A stretch of 64,000 bases of DNA from Azolla caroliniana (GCA_043228905.1 JBHGNT010000001.1:26846001-26910000); one strand, 5' to 3'. Counted from the stretch's first letter, positions 50,426-64,000 are shown. Notes: generated by a model from the sequence alone, not told the origin. Translations and numbers: made by a program.

Positions 50426-53400
50426 AAGAATTAGGTAATTAAGCAAGGGTTAATTAGTACCTAATTATGTGATTAAGTTAAGCGGAAGATTAAGTGATAT
50501 GTGTGTGTATGTGTGTGAGAGGAAGAGAGAGAGAGGAAGTTAACCTTATGAACAATGAGACAAGATGGGGGATGATTAACTATATTAAAAGCATCATCAA
50601 ATACAAAAATCCCCACAATGAGGTATATATAGATCTCATGTGCAAGGGTGCACATGTGTGAGGAGACTATAGGTAGAAGAGTGTAAGTCCTATATTAAAT
50701 GTACTTGGGAGTGGAGGATCTAGAATATCCCACTTAAGTACAAGGTCCTATTTAAGGCGTTATAGTCAACACTTCTAACTAGATTCTATCTAGGTAACTA
50801 CGAAGTTACATGGTTGACTAACTAACTAAACTAAGTTGAGCTTGATCTCTCAACACGCCCCCTCAACCCCAAGTGTGAGGCGTTCGACATCTGGTTCTGC
50901 TTTCGGTGTTGTCTGGCTTTCGATGTCGGGTTTTGTGTGACTTTTGCATCGACAACGTCGTGGCAGTTTCGGTTCCTCCCCCTCAAGCCTGTGACGAAGG
51001 CTTGGGTTGACTACTTCCACCCATTGTGGGTCACGAGCCACTTCTAAAGAGCTCTCGGGCTCTTGTTCGGTCGCTACCTTCATCATGAAGACATAATGAT
51101 GGGCCACGTTCTCGTTGTAGCCGATCTGAGCGACGAGATTCTTCTCTCTAGATGATCGTCGAAGTTTTTCACTCACTGATGTGAGCGCCTTCTTTACTCT
51201 GGGTGTCCGCATGATGGGTACACCAAGCTCACTATCTAGTTAGCGAGCCGACATATCCGAATCACTGTCGTTGGGGTGGTAAACTTTGTATTCGGACATC
51301 TTACCTTTGTCTTTGTCCAAGTTCGGACTTGGCCGCGACATGCTTTGGCCGCGTGAAGGGTCATGTGGGCCACTTATCTCGGTAGAGCTTGGATTGTCCT
51401 TCGGTAAAGGACTTGGCCGAATATCGTCCTATGAGTTGACATTCAACTCTTCCTCGGTCAAGACGGGTGGAGCCGAATCGGGCTTATACTAGGATGTTGA
51501 TTCGTCGAAGACTACGTCTCGATTTATCTGGACCACTCGGGCTTCTGTCGGTTTTCGTTCGGGATGCGTACATTCGCAATGCTTCCAAACACCTTGAGGT
51601 GCGACAAGATTGGCTTCCTTCCCACAAGGAGCTCGTATGGAGTTAGCTCATGCACTCCATTAGTGGTGCATCGATTCATTAGATAGATGGCCGTGGATGC
51701 CGCTTCGGCCCAATAGAAGTTTGGCATGTGCTTCTCATGCATCATGGCATTGTCGTGAAGGATTTGCTTCACGATATAAAAATAAATTTAAATATTGAAT
51801 TCAATAATATTTCAAACACTTGAACCCACAACCTTATAAACCAAGCACAATGTATATACCACTAGGGTAGGCTATTTGTTTTTAGAAATGTTGTCAAGAA
51901 TGTGCTTCACTATATAAGAATAAACTTAAATATTGTATTAAGTAAAATTGAGGGACTTGAACCCTCAACCTTGTATATCAAGCACAAACCATACACCACT
52001 AAGCTAGGTTATTTGTTTTAGGGTTATATCCATCATTATACTTATCCCAATACATGGGAGCTCAAATGAGCATGATGGCTATCATGCATCACATGCAATG
52101 CATGTGCGCCAAATGGCGATCATGCATCTGATGTAACTCATGCATGACATTACCATATGCATGGAAATACTTATAAAAAGAGGGGAAAGGAAAACAAAAG
52201 GGAATCAATGAATCAAGAGAAAGTGAGAAAATAATACAATCAAGTAAAGAAGACTAGCTCATTGGGTGGAGAACCTCTCGTTTCGAAGTTGAGGTCGTGG
52301 GTTCAAATCAAGGGTCGATAGAGAATGTGTTCAGTTTGCGATCAAGGATTGTAAAGTTGGTAAAATATTGTCTTTTTAATATACATCATGTTTATATCAA
52401 ATACTCTTGCTTATTGATTCATACTTTGTCTCAATCTTCCTTATTAAATCATATTTTGTCTCTATCTTGCTTCTTGAATCATATATTGTCTCTATCTTCT
52501 ATCTATTCTCATCTCTCTCTCACACGCACATTACTCGTAACTCTTCTTCTTGCTACTCTTAACCTTTCTAACATCACCATACAAGCCTTATTAAAATTTA
52601 AGTTCCTTCAACTCCCCTTAACCTTCATCCCTGCGACTTCGCCGCACGAACCACAACTACCCCGACAGCGTGTGCTACCTCGAGTATTTGTAGATTTTTC
52701 CTTTTAGTGGCTCCATTTTGTTCGGGTGTGTGTCGGCATGAGAATTCTCTTCGAATGCCTTCACCTTGGAGGTAGGAGATGAATTTGTTAGAGAAGTACT
52801 CCTTGCCTCCATCTAATTATAGGCATCGAATGTGCCGACTTGTTTCTTTTTCGACTTGGCCCTTGAGCTTTTGGAAGTGGGAGAGCACTTCGCTCTTCTT
52901 CTTCCTCGGGAAGATCCATGTGTAGCGGGAGTAGTCATCGATGAAGGTGACGTAGTATCGGCATCCGCCGATCGTCGGTGTTTGAGCCAGTCCCCATACA
53001 TCTGAGTGTATGACGTCGAGAAGGCCTTTACTTGCGTAGCTCTCCTTCAGAAATGGGAGTCGATGTTGTTTGTCGAGTTGACACGCTTCGCATATTTGGT
53101 CGACTCATTTCAACTCGAAGGTCGGAAGCAGTCAACCCAAGCCTTCGTCACAAGCTTGAGGGGGAGGAACTGAAGCTAACATCGAAAGCCGGACAACGTC
53201 GAAAGCAGAACCAGATGTCGAACGCCTCACACTTGGGGTTGAGGGGGCGTGTTGAGAGATCAAGCTCAACTTAGTTTAGTTAGTTAGTCAACCATGTAAC
53301 TTCGTAGTTACCTAGATAGAATCTAGTTATAAGTGTTGACTATAACGCCTTAAATAGGACCTTGTACTTAAGTGAGATATTCTAGATCCTCCACTCCCAA

Positions 53401-54148
53401 GTACATTTAATATAGGACTTACACTCTTCTACCTATATTCTCCTCACACATGTGCACCCTTGCACATGAGATCTATATCTACCTCATTGTGCGTATTTTT
53501 GTATTTGATGATGCTTTTAATATAGTTAATTATCCCCCATCTCGTCTTGTTGTTCATAAGATTAACTTCCTCTCTTGTTTTTCCTTCCTTCAATCATGTG
53601 TTACGTAGCGGCACTATGGTAGTGGATAGCAAGATTTTGTCATCGGCGTCTCGAACACACAATCACGGAGTCAGGTGGGCTTAGTGGATTTTTCTAAACC
53701 ACATGCTCTGATACCATGTTAAGAATTAGGTAATTAAGCAAGGTTTAATTAGTACCTAATTGTGGGGTTAAGTTAAGCGGAAGATTAAGTGATATGTGTG
53801 TGTATGTGTGTGAGAGGAAGAGAGAGAGGAAGTTAACCTTATGAACAACGAGACAAGATGGGGGATGATTAACTATATTAAAAGCATCATCAAATACAAA
53901 AATCCCCACAATGAGGTATATATAGATCTCATGTGCAAGGGTGCACATGTGTGAGGAGACTATAGGTAGAAGAGTGTAAGTCCTATATTAAATGTACTTG
54001 GGAGTGGAGGATCTAGAATATCCCACTTAAGTACAAGGTCCTATTTAAGGCGTTATAGTCAACACTTCTAACTAGATTCTATCTAGGTAACTACGAAGTT
54101 ACATGGTTGACTAACTAACTAAACTAAGTTGAGCTTGATCTCTCAACA
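50422..54148 (-). mobile_element. Internally deleted and rearranged Copia G inserted in a (TA)n tract
   Basis: LTRs 50422-50855 and 53717-54148 are near-identical. PBS tRNA-iMet at 53705-53716. PPT GGGGTTGAGGGGGCG. TSD TATAT. Integrase remnant (FYWAEAASTAIYLMNR); no RT or RNase H. Confidence 0.88.
51751..52667 (+). repeat. Solo LTR (B-lineage termini) inside the integrase of G
   Basis: TGTCGTGAAG..CCCGACA. TSD GCAT/GCGT. Removing it restores LEVAHAMMHEK. TATAAAA at ~52172. Confidence 0.82.
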
Positions 54149-56116
54149 TATATATATATATATATACATACATATATAGAGAGAGAGAAGTTAGGGTTAA
54201 GTATTATTACCTCCGTGTTAGAGATTGAGAGAGTGTAGAGCTGTGAGAGCACATGAGCAACAGAGTGCGAGAGTGCGAAGGGTGGTTGATCTGATCCAAG
54301 AACAAGAAGAAAAAAACAAAAAGGAGGTGAAAGAGGCTGACATAACTAGGGTTTGGTGGACTTTGCTGAAACCCTAGTCGTGGTTTCTGACGGCAACTTG
54401 GGAGTACTCCTATATCTGAACAGGTTTTGTCATTTCATATACTATTGTTGTGTGAACTTTGCCTCCTATGTAGTATTGTGGTATTCTCTGAGATTTGGAT
54501 TTTCCCCTAGCATGTTAGGGAGTGTTGCAATCTTATTTGTATACTCTTGATCTATAGTGGAATCTTCTTGGCCTAGTGCCTCATGGTTTTTCCCTGGTTT
54601 TAGGATTTCCATGTAGATCGTTTGTCTCTGCTTTATGTTTGTGTCTCAGATAGGAATCTTAGTGTTTTATCCTTGATCATAAATTTTCAAACCGGTATCA
54701 GAGCGACAGTTTCTTTAGATGGAAGGAAGTGTGAGTGGTTTTCCAAGAATGACACAATTATTCTGACTGGAAGATTAAGATGGAGGATCTTCTAATAGTC
54801 AGAGACCTATATGAGTTGATAGACAGGAAAGAAATACAAACGGGGATAAATAGGGTCTGAGTGGAAAATCCTAAATAGAAAGGTGGTGGCAACCATCAGA
54901 CAGTGTGTAGATGTGAGCATCCTTTAACATGTGGCAAACAATACAAATCCCTACGACCTGTGGCATAACCTCTCTGGTTTGTACGAAAGGAAAAATGCTC
55001 TCAACAAAGCTTCCCTAATGAGAAATTTGGTGAAGCTAAAGTACATAGATGGTGATAGCATTGTGGTGCACATCGGTACTTTCGTGGGGTTAGTAAACCA
55101 ACTAACATCAGCGAAGTTTCCATTAGATGATGCGTTACAGGCCCTGTTACTACTTTGTACCATACCAGATAGTTGGGAGAACCTAGTAGAGTCACTAAGT
55201 GCTTCTTGTCAAGAAGAGAACCTATCTTTACAAGTAGTAAAGACAAGTATTCTAAATGAAGAAAGAAGATGAAAAGATAAGAGTGTCTTGCCTCAATTAG
55301 AAGTGAATGTGGCACAAAACCGTGCTAGAGGAAGAAGTAAACATAGGATTCCTCAAAATAGAGACAAGTCTCATGCTAGGTCAAAGTCTAGAGGAAGAGT
55401 AGTGTGTTTCTATTGTGGGAAACCTAGTCATTTCCAAAAGAATTGTCGACGCCTTAATAAGGACAAAGGCATTGTTGGTGATGTTGAACCCAGAAACATT
55501 TATGATGAGAAAAACACCTCAGCCATTGCAACCAGTGAGGAAGAACTATTATTCATTTGTGAACAAGCTAGTGTCAATCTTGCAAACGATGAGTGTTCTT
55601 GGGTAGTTGATTCCGGCGCATTGTTTCACTTAACTCCAAAAAGAGAATGTTTCTCATCCAACACAATTGGTGACTATGGCTATGTAAAGATGGGATTCAA
55701 ATGATGAAGCATGCAAGATTGTTGGTATTGGAAATGTGTGCTTGTTAACATCAAGTGGTTATAGGTTAATATTGAAGGATGTGCAACATGTACCATATGT
55801 CAAATTGAACCTGATATCAATCGAGAGGCTTGACGACGAAGGCTACAATGGTAATTTTTAGAATGGTACTTGCAAGTTTTGCAAGGGAAGTCTAATAGTG
55901 GCCCGAGCACAAAAACAAGGAAACATTGTATTGTAATCCATGCAAGGTTGTGTAGAGATGAGGCCAATGTGGTAGCCGAGATGGTGAGTTATGGCATAAA
56001 AGGCTTGGCCACATGAGCAATAGGGGTATGCATATGCTGGCTGAGAAGAATCTCCTCCCAGAAATGAAAGGAATGCATTTGGAAAAATGCGTAGATTTTC
56101 TAGTTGGAAAACAAAA

Positions 56117-56458
56117 TGTTAGGAATTTGTCTTGCCTATTGCAAAAGTCAACAATTGAAGTCAAGGAAGAAGTCGGTGGTCGAATCGATAAGCCAAATAC
56201 AGGATGGTCGATCGGATCGACCAACGAGTCGACAAGGTGGGCGACTTGTTTGAAGGAGATAGAGAGTTGACTATGATAGTCGACTACATTGGATGGATGT
56301 TGTAAGTCGAAGACAAGGCCGACAAGGCCGGCCAATTAATTACTATTATAATAATAATAACATATCCCTCCAATAAATAGGAATAGCTAGGGCAGACTTA
56401 TTAGTAATGATGCATATAGAGCTTCTATAACAGAGAGTAGGAAGAGATGCGAGAGTGC

Positions 56459-56494
<36 letters not shown>

Positions 56495-59400
56495 GTTTAG
56501 TGGAACTAGCCAAAACCCGAAGTGGGTATTCTCTAATTTGTAGTGATTTGTAATCTGTTTTATTTTTTTCCCTTCTTGTATCTCTGTTTATAGTGAAAAT
56601 CCGTTGCTCCTGGTTTTCCCCTGTTTAGGGTTTCCACGTAAAAACCTGTGTACTGTGTATTCTTTGTTGACTTGTTTTTTGTTTCCACGTTGTGCATTTT
56701 AGATCTATCTTTCTCATAGATCTATGGTCCGATTGTAACAAACTGGTATCAAAGCTTGAAGTGCAAGAATGGAAGGAGGTGCGAGTGGTTTCCCAAGAAT
56801 GATAGTCCTCAACTCACACAACTACTCCGACTGGAAGATCAAGATGGAAGATCTGTACGAACCCATAGACAGAAGTGAAATACCCATAGGGGTATTGGAC
56901 TCGGAGTTGAAACTCCTGAATAGGAAGGTAGTGGCTACTGTCAGACAGTGTGTAGATATGAGGGTCCTACATCACGTGGCTAATGACACAAATGCCTACG
57001 AAATGTGGCACAAACTATCAGGGTTGTACGAGAGGGAGAATGCACTCAACAAAACTTCTCTGATGAGAAATATCGTGAGACTAAGGTACAAAGATGGAGA
57101 AAACATTGTGGTATACATTAACACCTTCATGGGGTTGGTGAATCAACTTGCAACAGCAAAGTTTCCCTTAGATGATGCTATGCCTGCCTTGTTACTGCTA
57201 TGTACCCTGCCAAACAGCTGGGAGAACCTAGTGGTGTCTCTTAGTACCTCATGCCAAGAAGAAAACTTGTCCTTGCAAGTGGTAAAAACAAGTGTCCTAA
57301 ACGAGGAGACAAGGACGGACAAGGGTGTCCTATCCTAGTTGGAGGCAAATGTGGCACAACATTCGGGCAAAGAAAGAAGCAAGCAGAGAAATCCACAGAG
57401 GAGAGACAAGTCTTAGGCCAGATCCAAGTCTAGAGGAAAGCTCACATGATTTTACTACAGAAAGCTTGGACACTCCCAAAAGGATTGTGAACACCTTAAA
57501 AGGGATAAAGGTGCTTCAACTGATGTCGAACCGAAAAAGACATTCGATGAAAAGGGCACTTCATCTTGGCTACGAGTGAAGAAGAATTTTTGTTCATTTG
57601 TGAGCAGGCAAGTGCAAACCTTGCAAGTGAAGAGTGTGCCTAGGTGATCGACTCCGGTGCATCGTTCCATATAACTCCCTCGAGGGAGTGTTTCTCGTCT
57701 TACACAGCTGGTGACTATGGCTATGTAAAGATGGGAGACAATGGAGAATGCAAGATAGTCAGGATCGAAAGTGTATGCCTGACAACGTCGACCTGTTGTT
57801 GGCTGACCTTGAGGGATGTTCGACATGTGCCAAATATCAGGTTAAATCTGATATCGACTAGAAGGATGGACGACTATGGCTATAGTGGTAGTTTTCGAAA
57901 CGGCAAATGGAAGTTCTGTCTAGGAAATCTCACAATGGCCCGATCACAGAAACAGGGCCCTTTGTATATGATGCATGCCAAGTTTGTGCAAGGAAGAATC
58001 AAATGTGGCAGCCGACTCGAGTGGAGAGATATGGTACAAGAGGCTTGGCCACATGAGCGAGAGAGGCATGCCTATCCTAGCCGACCAAAAACTTCTTCTA
58101 GTAATAAAAGGAGTGCACTTGGAGAGATGTGTCGACTACCTAGTCGGAAAGCAAAATAGAGCTATGTTCCACTTGAGACCACCAAAGAGAAGAGAATCTG
58201 CATTAGAATTGGTACACATAGACGGGTGCTACGTGGATGCTCCAACCCATCGTGGCAGACAATACTTGGTAATGTTCTTCGACGACTATAGTCGAAAGTT
58301 GTGGGCTTTCATACTAAAGTTGAAGGATCAAGTATTGTCGTTCTTCAAAGAGTTCCAGGCCAAAGCTGAGAGAGAGTCGGGTCGGAAGCTGAAGGCTTTT
58401 CGAACCGACAATAATGGCGAGTATAGATGACAGTTCGAAGAGTATTGCAAGGCCCAAGGCATAAGACTAGAATATACAGTGCCAAAATCTCCTAAGCTGA
58501 ATGGGCTTGCAGAGACGATGAATCGAACAATAATGGAAAGAGTGAGGAGCATGTTGTCGTATGCAAAGCTGCCAAAGTCGTATTGGGTTGAGGCAATGTA
58601 CACGGTTGTTTATCTAATCAACAGGTCTCTCTCAATGCCCCTGAAATGTGATGTCCCACAGAGGGTGTGGACAGGTAAAGATTTCTTCTGTCAACACTTG
58701 AAGGTGTTCGGATGTCTGGCATATATGCATGTAGCAAAGGATTAGAGGTCAAAGCTCGACAGCACGTCGAAACCATGCATATTCTTGGGTTACTTGAAGG
58801 ATGAATTCAACTATAGGTTGTGGAACTTACTCGACAAGAAGGTGGTGAGGAGTCGGGACATCATGTTCTTGGAAGACAAGACAATCGAGGAATGGAAACA
58901 ATAGAAGTCGGAATTGGCTTCCCAGTCGACTCCCACTACCATCTACTCAAGACCGGTCAACTATACACTATCGACTAAGAGGAGACAGTTGGTCGGAATG
59001 ACCGAATCCGAGATGGTCAACTCAGACCAACTGACTAATACATATGAGTCGGAGTCGACGGACCTATAGAAGTCGATTGAGGCATATGCGTCGGAGTCAG
59101 TCGACCTTCAACAATTGATCGACATGTATGAACACAAGCCGAATGAAGAGGCGGCAGAGACATCCGAATTTGAGCCGACAATGGGAGGTGGAAGATATAC
59201 ATTCAAGCAAAGGAGATAACCTTCACAATACATCAATCAATATGTTTTATCGACTGATGAAGATGAGCTAAAATGCTACAAGGAGGCCATGGAAGACGAG
59301 CGCAAGGAGAAATGGCAGAGTGCAATGCAAGATGAGATAGACTCACTGCATGAGAACTACATTTATGACTTGGTGGAACTACCGAAAGGTAAGAGAGCCC

Positions 59401-61441
59401 TGAGAAACAAATGGGTCTTCAAGCTTAAAAATGGGGAAGGTGGTAGCTCACCCAGATACAAAGCCCGAATCGTAGTAAAGGAATTTCAGTAGAAGAAAGG
59501 GGCTGAATTTGATGAGATCTTCGCACTAGTCGTAAAGATGACATCCATTTGAACAATACTAGGTATTGTTGCCAATATGAATCTAGAGATAGAGAAATCG
59601 AATGTCAAGACAACATTCTTGCATGGGGAATTAGACGAAGAGATCTATATGCAGCAACCCGAAGGCTTTGTGGAAAAAGGAAAAGAGAATCTAGTGTGTC
59701 GACTAAGGAAAAGCTTGTATGGTCTGAAACAAGCTCCACACCAATGGTACAAGAAGTTCGAATCCTTCATGCTGGAACATGGGTTCCATAAAACACAAGC
59801 CGATCATTGTGTGTTTGTCAAAGGTATAATGAAGGTGACTTTCTTGATTCTCTTGCTATATGTTGACAACATGTTAGTGGTTAGACAAGACACCAAGAAG
59901 ATAGAGACCTTGAAGAAAGCTCCAGGCAAGTAGTTTGCCATGAAAGATCTTGGATTGGCAAAGAAAATATTGGGGATGCACATGGTTCATGACAGAACTA
60001 AGAACGTGCTATGGTTGTCACAACAAAAGTATGTGACAAGATCTTGGCAAGATTCAACGACTAATTGCAAGTTGAATGCTAGGCAATGTTCAAAAGGGGA
60101 GAAGGACAAGGTCGAGATGAGGAAAGTACCATATGCTTCGGCCATCAATAGTTTAATGTATGTTATGGTCTATACGAGACATGACATAACATTTGCAATC
60201 GGAACCGTGAACCGATATATGAGTAATCTGGGTTGAGAACACTAGGCAACAATAAAGTGGATACTCAGGTACTTGAAAGGCACCTCAAGGATGTGCCTTC
60301 GGTATGGTTTTGAAAAACCTATGCTCAATTGTTTTACCGATTAAGACATATCGGGGGACGTAGACTCAAGCCGATCCACATCAGGTTATGTGATGACCTA
60401 TGCAGGGGGAGCAGTGTCGTGGTAGTCAAGACTACAGAAGACTGTGGCTTTATCAACCACAAAGGTAGAATATATGGTTGTTGTAGAGGTTGGTAAGGAG
60501 CTGATATGGATGGGGAGTTTTCTCAATTCACAAGGAGAATTCTTGCTCCATTGTGATAGTCAAAGTGCCATACATCTAGCCAAGAACCTTTTGTATCACT
60601 CTCAAACCAAGCACACACAGAGAAGGTATCACTAGTTATGAGAGAAGGTGGATGAGGGAGAGTTTAACCTTGTGAAGATCCATACTGATGATAATGGATC
60701 CGACATGCTTATGAAACCACTACCTATGGACAGACTCAGAGTCTGCCGACAGAAGACTAGACTAGCCGACTATACCCATAGGAGTGAATGGGGAGTTTGT
60801 TAGGAATTTTTCTCTCCTATGGGAGAAGTCGACAGTCGAAGTCAAGGAAGAAGTCGGCAATCGAATCGACAAAGGATGGTCGATCGAATTGACCAACTAG
60901 TCGATTGGGTGGGCGACTTATTTGAAGGAGATAGAGAGTCGACTACATTGGATGGATGCTCCAAATCGAAGACAAGGCTGATAAGTCGGGCTGACCGGAT
61001 GGTTGAAGACAAGGCTGACAAGTCGGGATGATTAATTATTATTATAATAATATATAATAATATATAATAATAATAACATATCTCTCCTATAAATAAGAAT
61101 AGCTAGGGCAAACTTATTAGTAATGATGGGTATAGAGCTTCTGTAACAGAGAACTTAGGAAGAGATGCGAGAGTGTGAGAGAGAGAGAGGCATAGTTTAG
61201 TGGAACTAGCCAAAACCCTAAGTGGGTCTGATTTGACATAGAGATTTGTAATCTGTTTTATTTTTTTCCCTTCTTGTACCTCTGTTTATAGTGAAGATTT
61301 GTTGCCCGTGGTTTTCCCTTGTTTAGGGTTTCCACGTAAAAAACTGTGTATTGTGTATTCTCTATCGACTTGTTGTTTTGTGTTTCCGCGTTGTGCATTT
61401 TAGATCTATCTTTCTCATAGACCTATAGTCCGATTGTAACA
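56117..61441 (+). mobile_element. Full-length but degenerate Tork-like Copia H nested in F
   Basis: LTRs 56117-56740 and 60798-61441. TSD CAAAA. PBS TGGTATCAAAGC at 56744. Gag-pol 56769-60787 with many stops. Confidence 0.93.
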
Positions 61442-64000
61442 CAAAACATGGCTACCTTTCACTCTAGGCCACCGAGAAGAAGAGAATGTGCACTAGAACG
61501 AGTCCACATGGATGTATGCTCAATCACATTGGAGTGGACAATATTTTGTGACATTTATTGATGACTACAACATAAAGTTGTGCGATTTCATGTTGAAGTC
61601 CAAAGACCAAGTGTTGTCGGTTTTTAAAGAGTTCCATGCTACAGAAAGAGAATCCGGACAAAAGTTGAAGGTTGTCCGGACAGATAACGGTGGTCAGTAT
61701 AAAGGACCATTTGAGTTGTACTATAAGACTCAAGGCATAAAACTTGAGTATACATTACCGAAGACCCCTGAGGTGAATGGTCTTGCAGAGAGGATGAATC
61801 AGACCATAATGGAAAGGGTAAGAAGCATGTCGTCACATGCAAAACTATTGAAATCGTATTGGGATGAGGCTATGTTGATGGCGGTTTATCTTATAAATAG
61901 GTCTCCCTCAATGCTCCTAAATGGTGATGTTCCTCAGCGGGTGTGCACAGGAAGAAATGTGTCTTACCAGCACTTTAGAGTCTTCGGATGCTTAGCGTAT
62001 ATGCATGTTACAAAATATCAGAGGTTAAAGTTCGACGACAAGTCCAAATCATGCATATTCTTGGGGTACTCAGAAGACGAGTTTGGCTACAAGCTATGGG
62101 ATCTCCTTGACAAGAAAGTGGTGAGGAGCCATGATATCGTATTCATGGAAGACAAGGCAATTGAAGACTGGAGACAGTAGAAACCAGTGTCGTCTTCCCA
62201 GCCGGCTACTGTTATGGAGTCAGCACAAGCTGATCCCTCTCCCACACGACCGGCCTACAGACAACAATCAACCGATGCAACCGAATCTGAGCCAACCAGG
62301 ATACAACAATAGGTTGATGCACATGAATCTGAGTCTAAAGATGAGTCGGTAGAAGAAACCGAATTTGAGCCGGTTGTTGAAGGAAGAAGATACCCACTCA
62401 AGCAAAGGAAGGCCTCCTCTCAGTATCCAGCCAATCAATATGTCTTATTGACCGATGAAGATGAGCCAAAATGCTATGAAGAAGCCATGGCCGATGTGCA
62501 CACGGAGAAGTGGTATAACACCATGCAAGATGAGATGGACTCCTTTTACGAAAATCACACCTATGATCTAGTGGAGCTACATGAAGGAAAGGGAGCTCTA
62601 AGAAACAAGTGGGTCTACAAGTTGAAGATCGGAAAAGATAGCAGCCCACCTAGATATAAGGCCCGCATTGTGGTGAAGGGTTTTCAATAGAAAAAGGATG
62701 TTGATTTTGATGAAATATTCGCAACATATGTAAAAATGGCATCCATCCGAACTGTATTGAGTATAGCTGCCAGTATGAATCTGGAGAAAGAACAATTGGA
62801 TGTAAAAACAACATTCTTGCATGGGGATTTAGAAGAAGAAATTTTTATGTAGCAACCTAAGGGTTTTGTGATGAAAGAAAAAGAGAATATGGTATGTAGA
62901 CTAAGAAAGAGCTTGTATGGTCTGAAGCAAGCTCATCGACAATGGTATAAGAAGTCTGAATCCTTCACGTTGGAACATGGATTCTATAAAACACAAGCCG
63001 ATCATTGTGTTTTTCTCAAGAGGTTTAGTGAAGGTGACTTCTTGATTCTCTTACTTTATGTAGATGACATGTTGATTGTCGGATAAGATGCTAAGAAGAT
63101 TGAGAGCTTAAAGAAAACTCCAAGTAAATCGTTTGCTATGAAGGATTCAGGTCCGGCTAAACAAATCGTGGGGATGCACATATTCTGGGACAGGACTAAA
63201 AATATGTTATGGTTGTCACAAGAGAAATATGTGACAAAAGTATTGCAAAGATTTAATACGTCTAATGCAAAACTTGTTGGATCTGCATTGCCGAAAAATT
63301 GTAAGCTAAATGTTAGTGAATGTCTGAAAAGTGAGAAGAATAAGGTTGAGATGAGAAGGGTGTTGTATGCCTCGGCCGTTGGAAGCCTAATGTATGCTAT
63401 GGTTTGTATTGGCCGGACATTGTGTTTGTGGTTGCAACAATAAGTCATTTCATGAGTAACCTTGGAAGGGAGCATTGGGCACCCGTAAAATGGATACTCC
63501 GATATTTGAAAGGCACTTCAAGTATATGCCTTAGATATGGCGCCAGGAAACCTATGCTCGAAGGTTTCACAAATTCTGACATGTCAAGGAACGTAGATTC
63601 CAACCAATCCACATCAAGATTGCAAAAGGCTATGGTCCTATCGACCACAAAGGCTGAGTATATGGTTGCGATGGAGGCCAAGAAAGAATTTATTTGGATG
63701 AAGAATTTTCTCAGTGAACTAGAAATGAAGCAAGAAAGATTCCTACTTCACTGTGATAACCAAAGTGTCATACATCTGGCCACGAATGTTGCCTATCACT
63801 CTCATACCAAGCACATACAGAGGAAGTATCATTGGTTACAAGAGGAAGTGGATGAAAATGAGTTTACTCTGGTGAAGATCCATATTGACGAAAATGGATC
63901 AGATATGCTTACGAAGATTTTACCTATGGAAAAACTCAACGCTTGCCGACTGAAGATAGGTCTAGCCGACTCTCCCTTACAAGAGTGAAGGGGGAGTCTA

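Larger units (their letters stand above)
50216..64000 (+). mobile_element. Old Tork-like Copia F (same family as E) hosting G and H; 3' LTR outside the window
   Basis: 5' LTR ~50216-54690, split by G. PBS CGGTATCAGAGC at 54693-54704. Gag from 54719. Coding resumes at 61447 after H. RNase H ends at 63988, followed by PPT GAAGGGGGAG. Confidence 0.82.

Overview
Plant nuclear DNA, most likely from a non-seed plant such as a fern (inferred from the retroelement lineages; not provable from this window). About 80% is nested LTR retrotransposons. From 1 to 37 kb there is a five-level nest. A minus-strand chromovirus (C) hosts Ty3/Gypsy element A0. The 3' LTR of A0 hosts a relative, A (5123-30667, TSD GGGCT). 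A hosts a young Tork-like Copia (E, 7307-12542), a second Gypsy lineage (B, 19404-25265) and a gag-only relative of B (D, 25430-30541), which carries a solo LTR. From 37 to 47 kb is AT-rich intergenic DNA with LINE and probable hAT remnants. One intact host gene, a 5-exon RLCK-VII/PBL-type kinase with a GC-AG intron, lies at 47000-49393. From 50 to 64 kb is a second nest of Copia elements (F hosts G and H). Main unusual observations: (1) both A-family copies have a sense copy of the tRNA-Arg 3' end (..GTCCCACRGGNRTGCCA-GG-TG) where the polypurine tract should be, and it is complementary to their PBS; (2) the B lineage (tRNA-Trp primer) makes 4-bp TSDs centred on CpG; (3) B has a -1 frameshift signal (G GAT TTT plus pseudoknot) downstream of the protease; (4) related solo LTRs carry antisense tRNA-like A/B-box modules; (5) the A family carries a conserved, uncharacterised ORF of about 900 codons 3' of pol.
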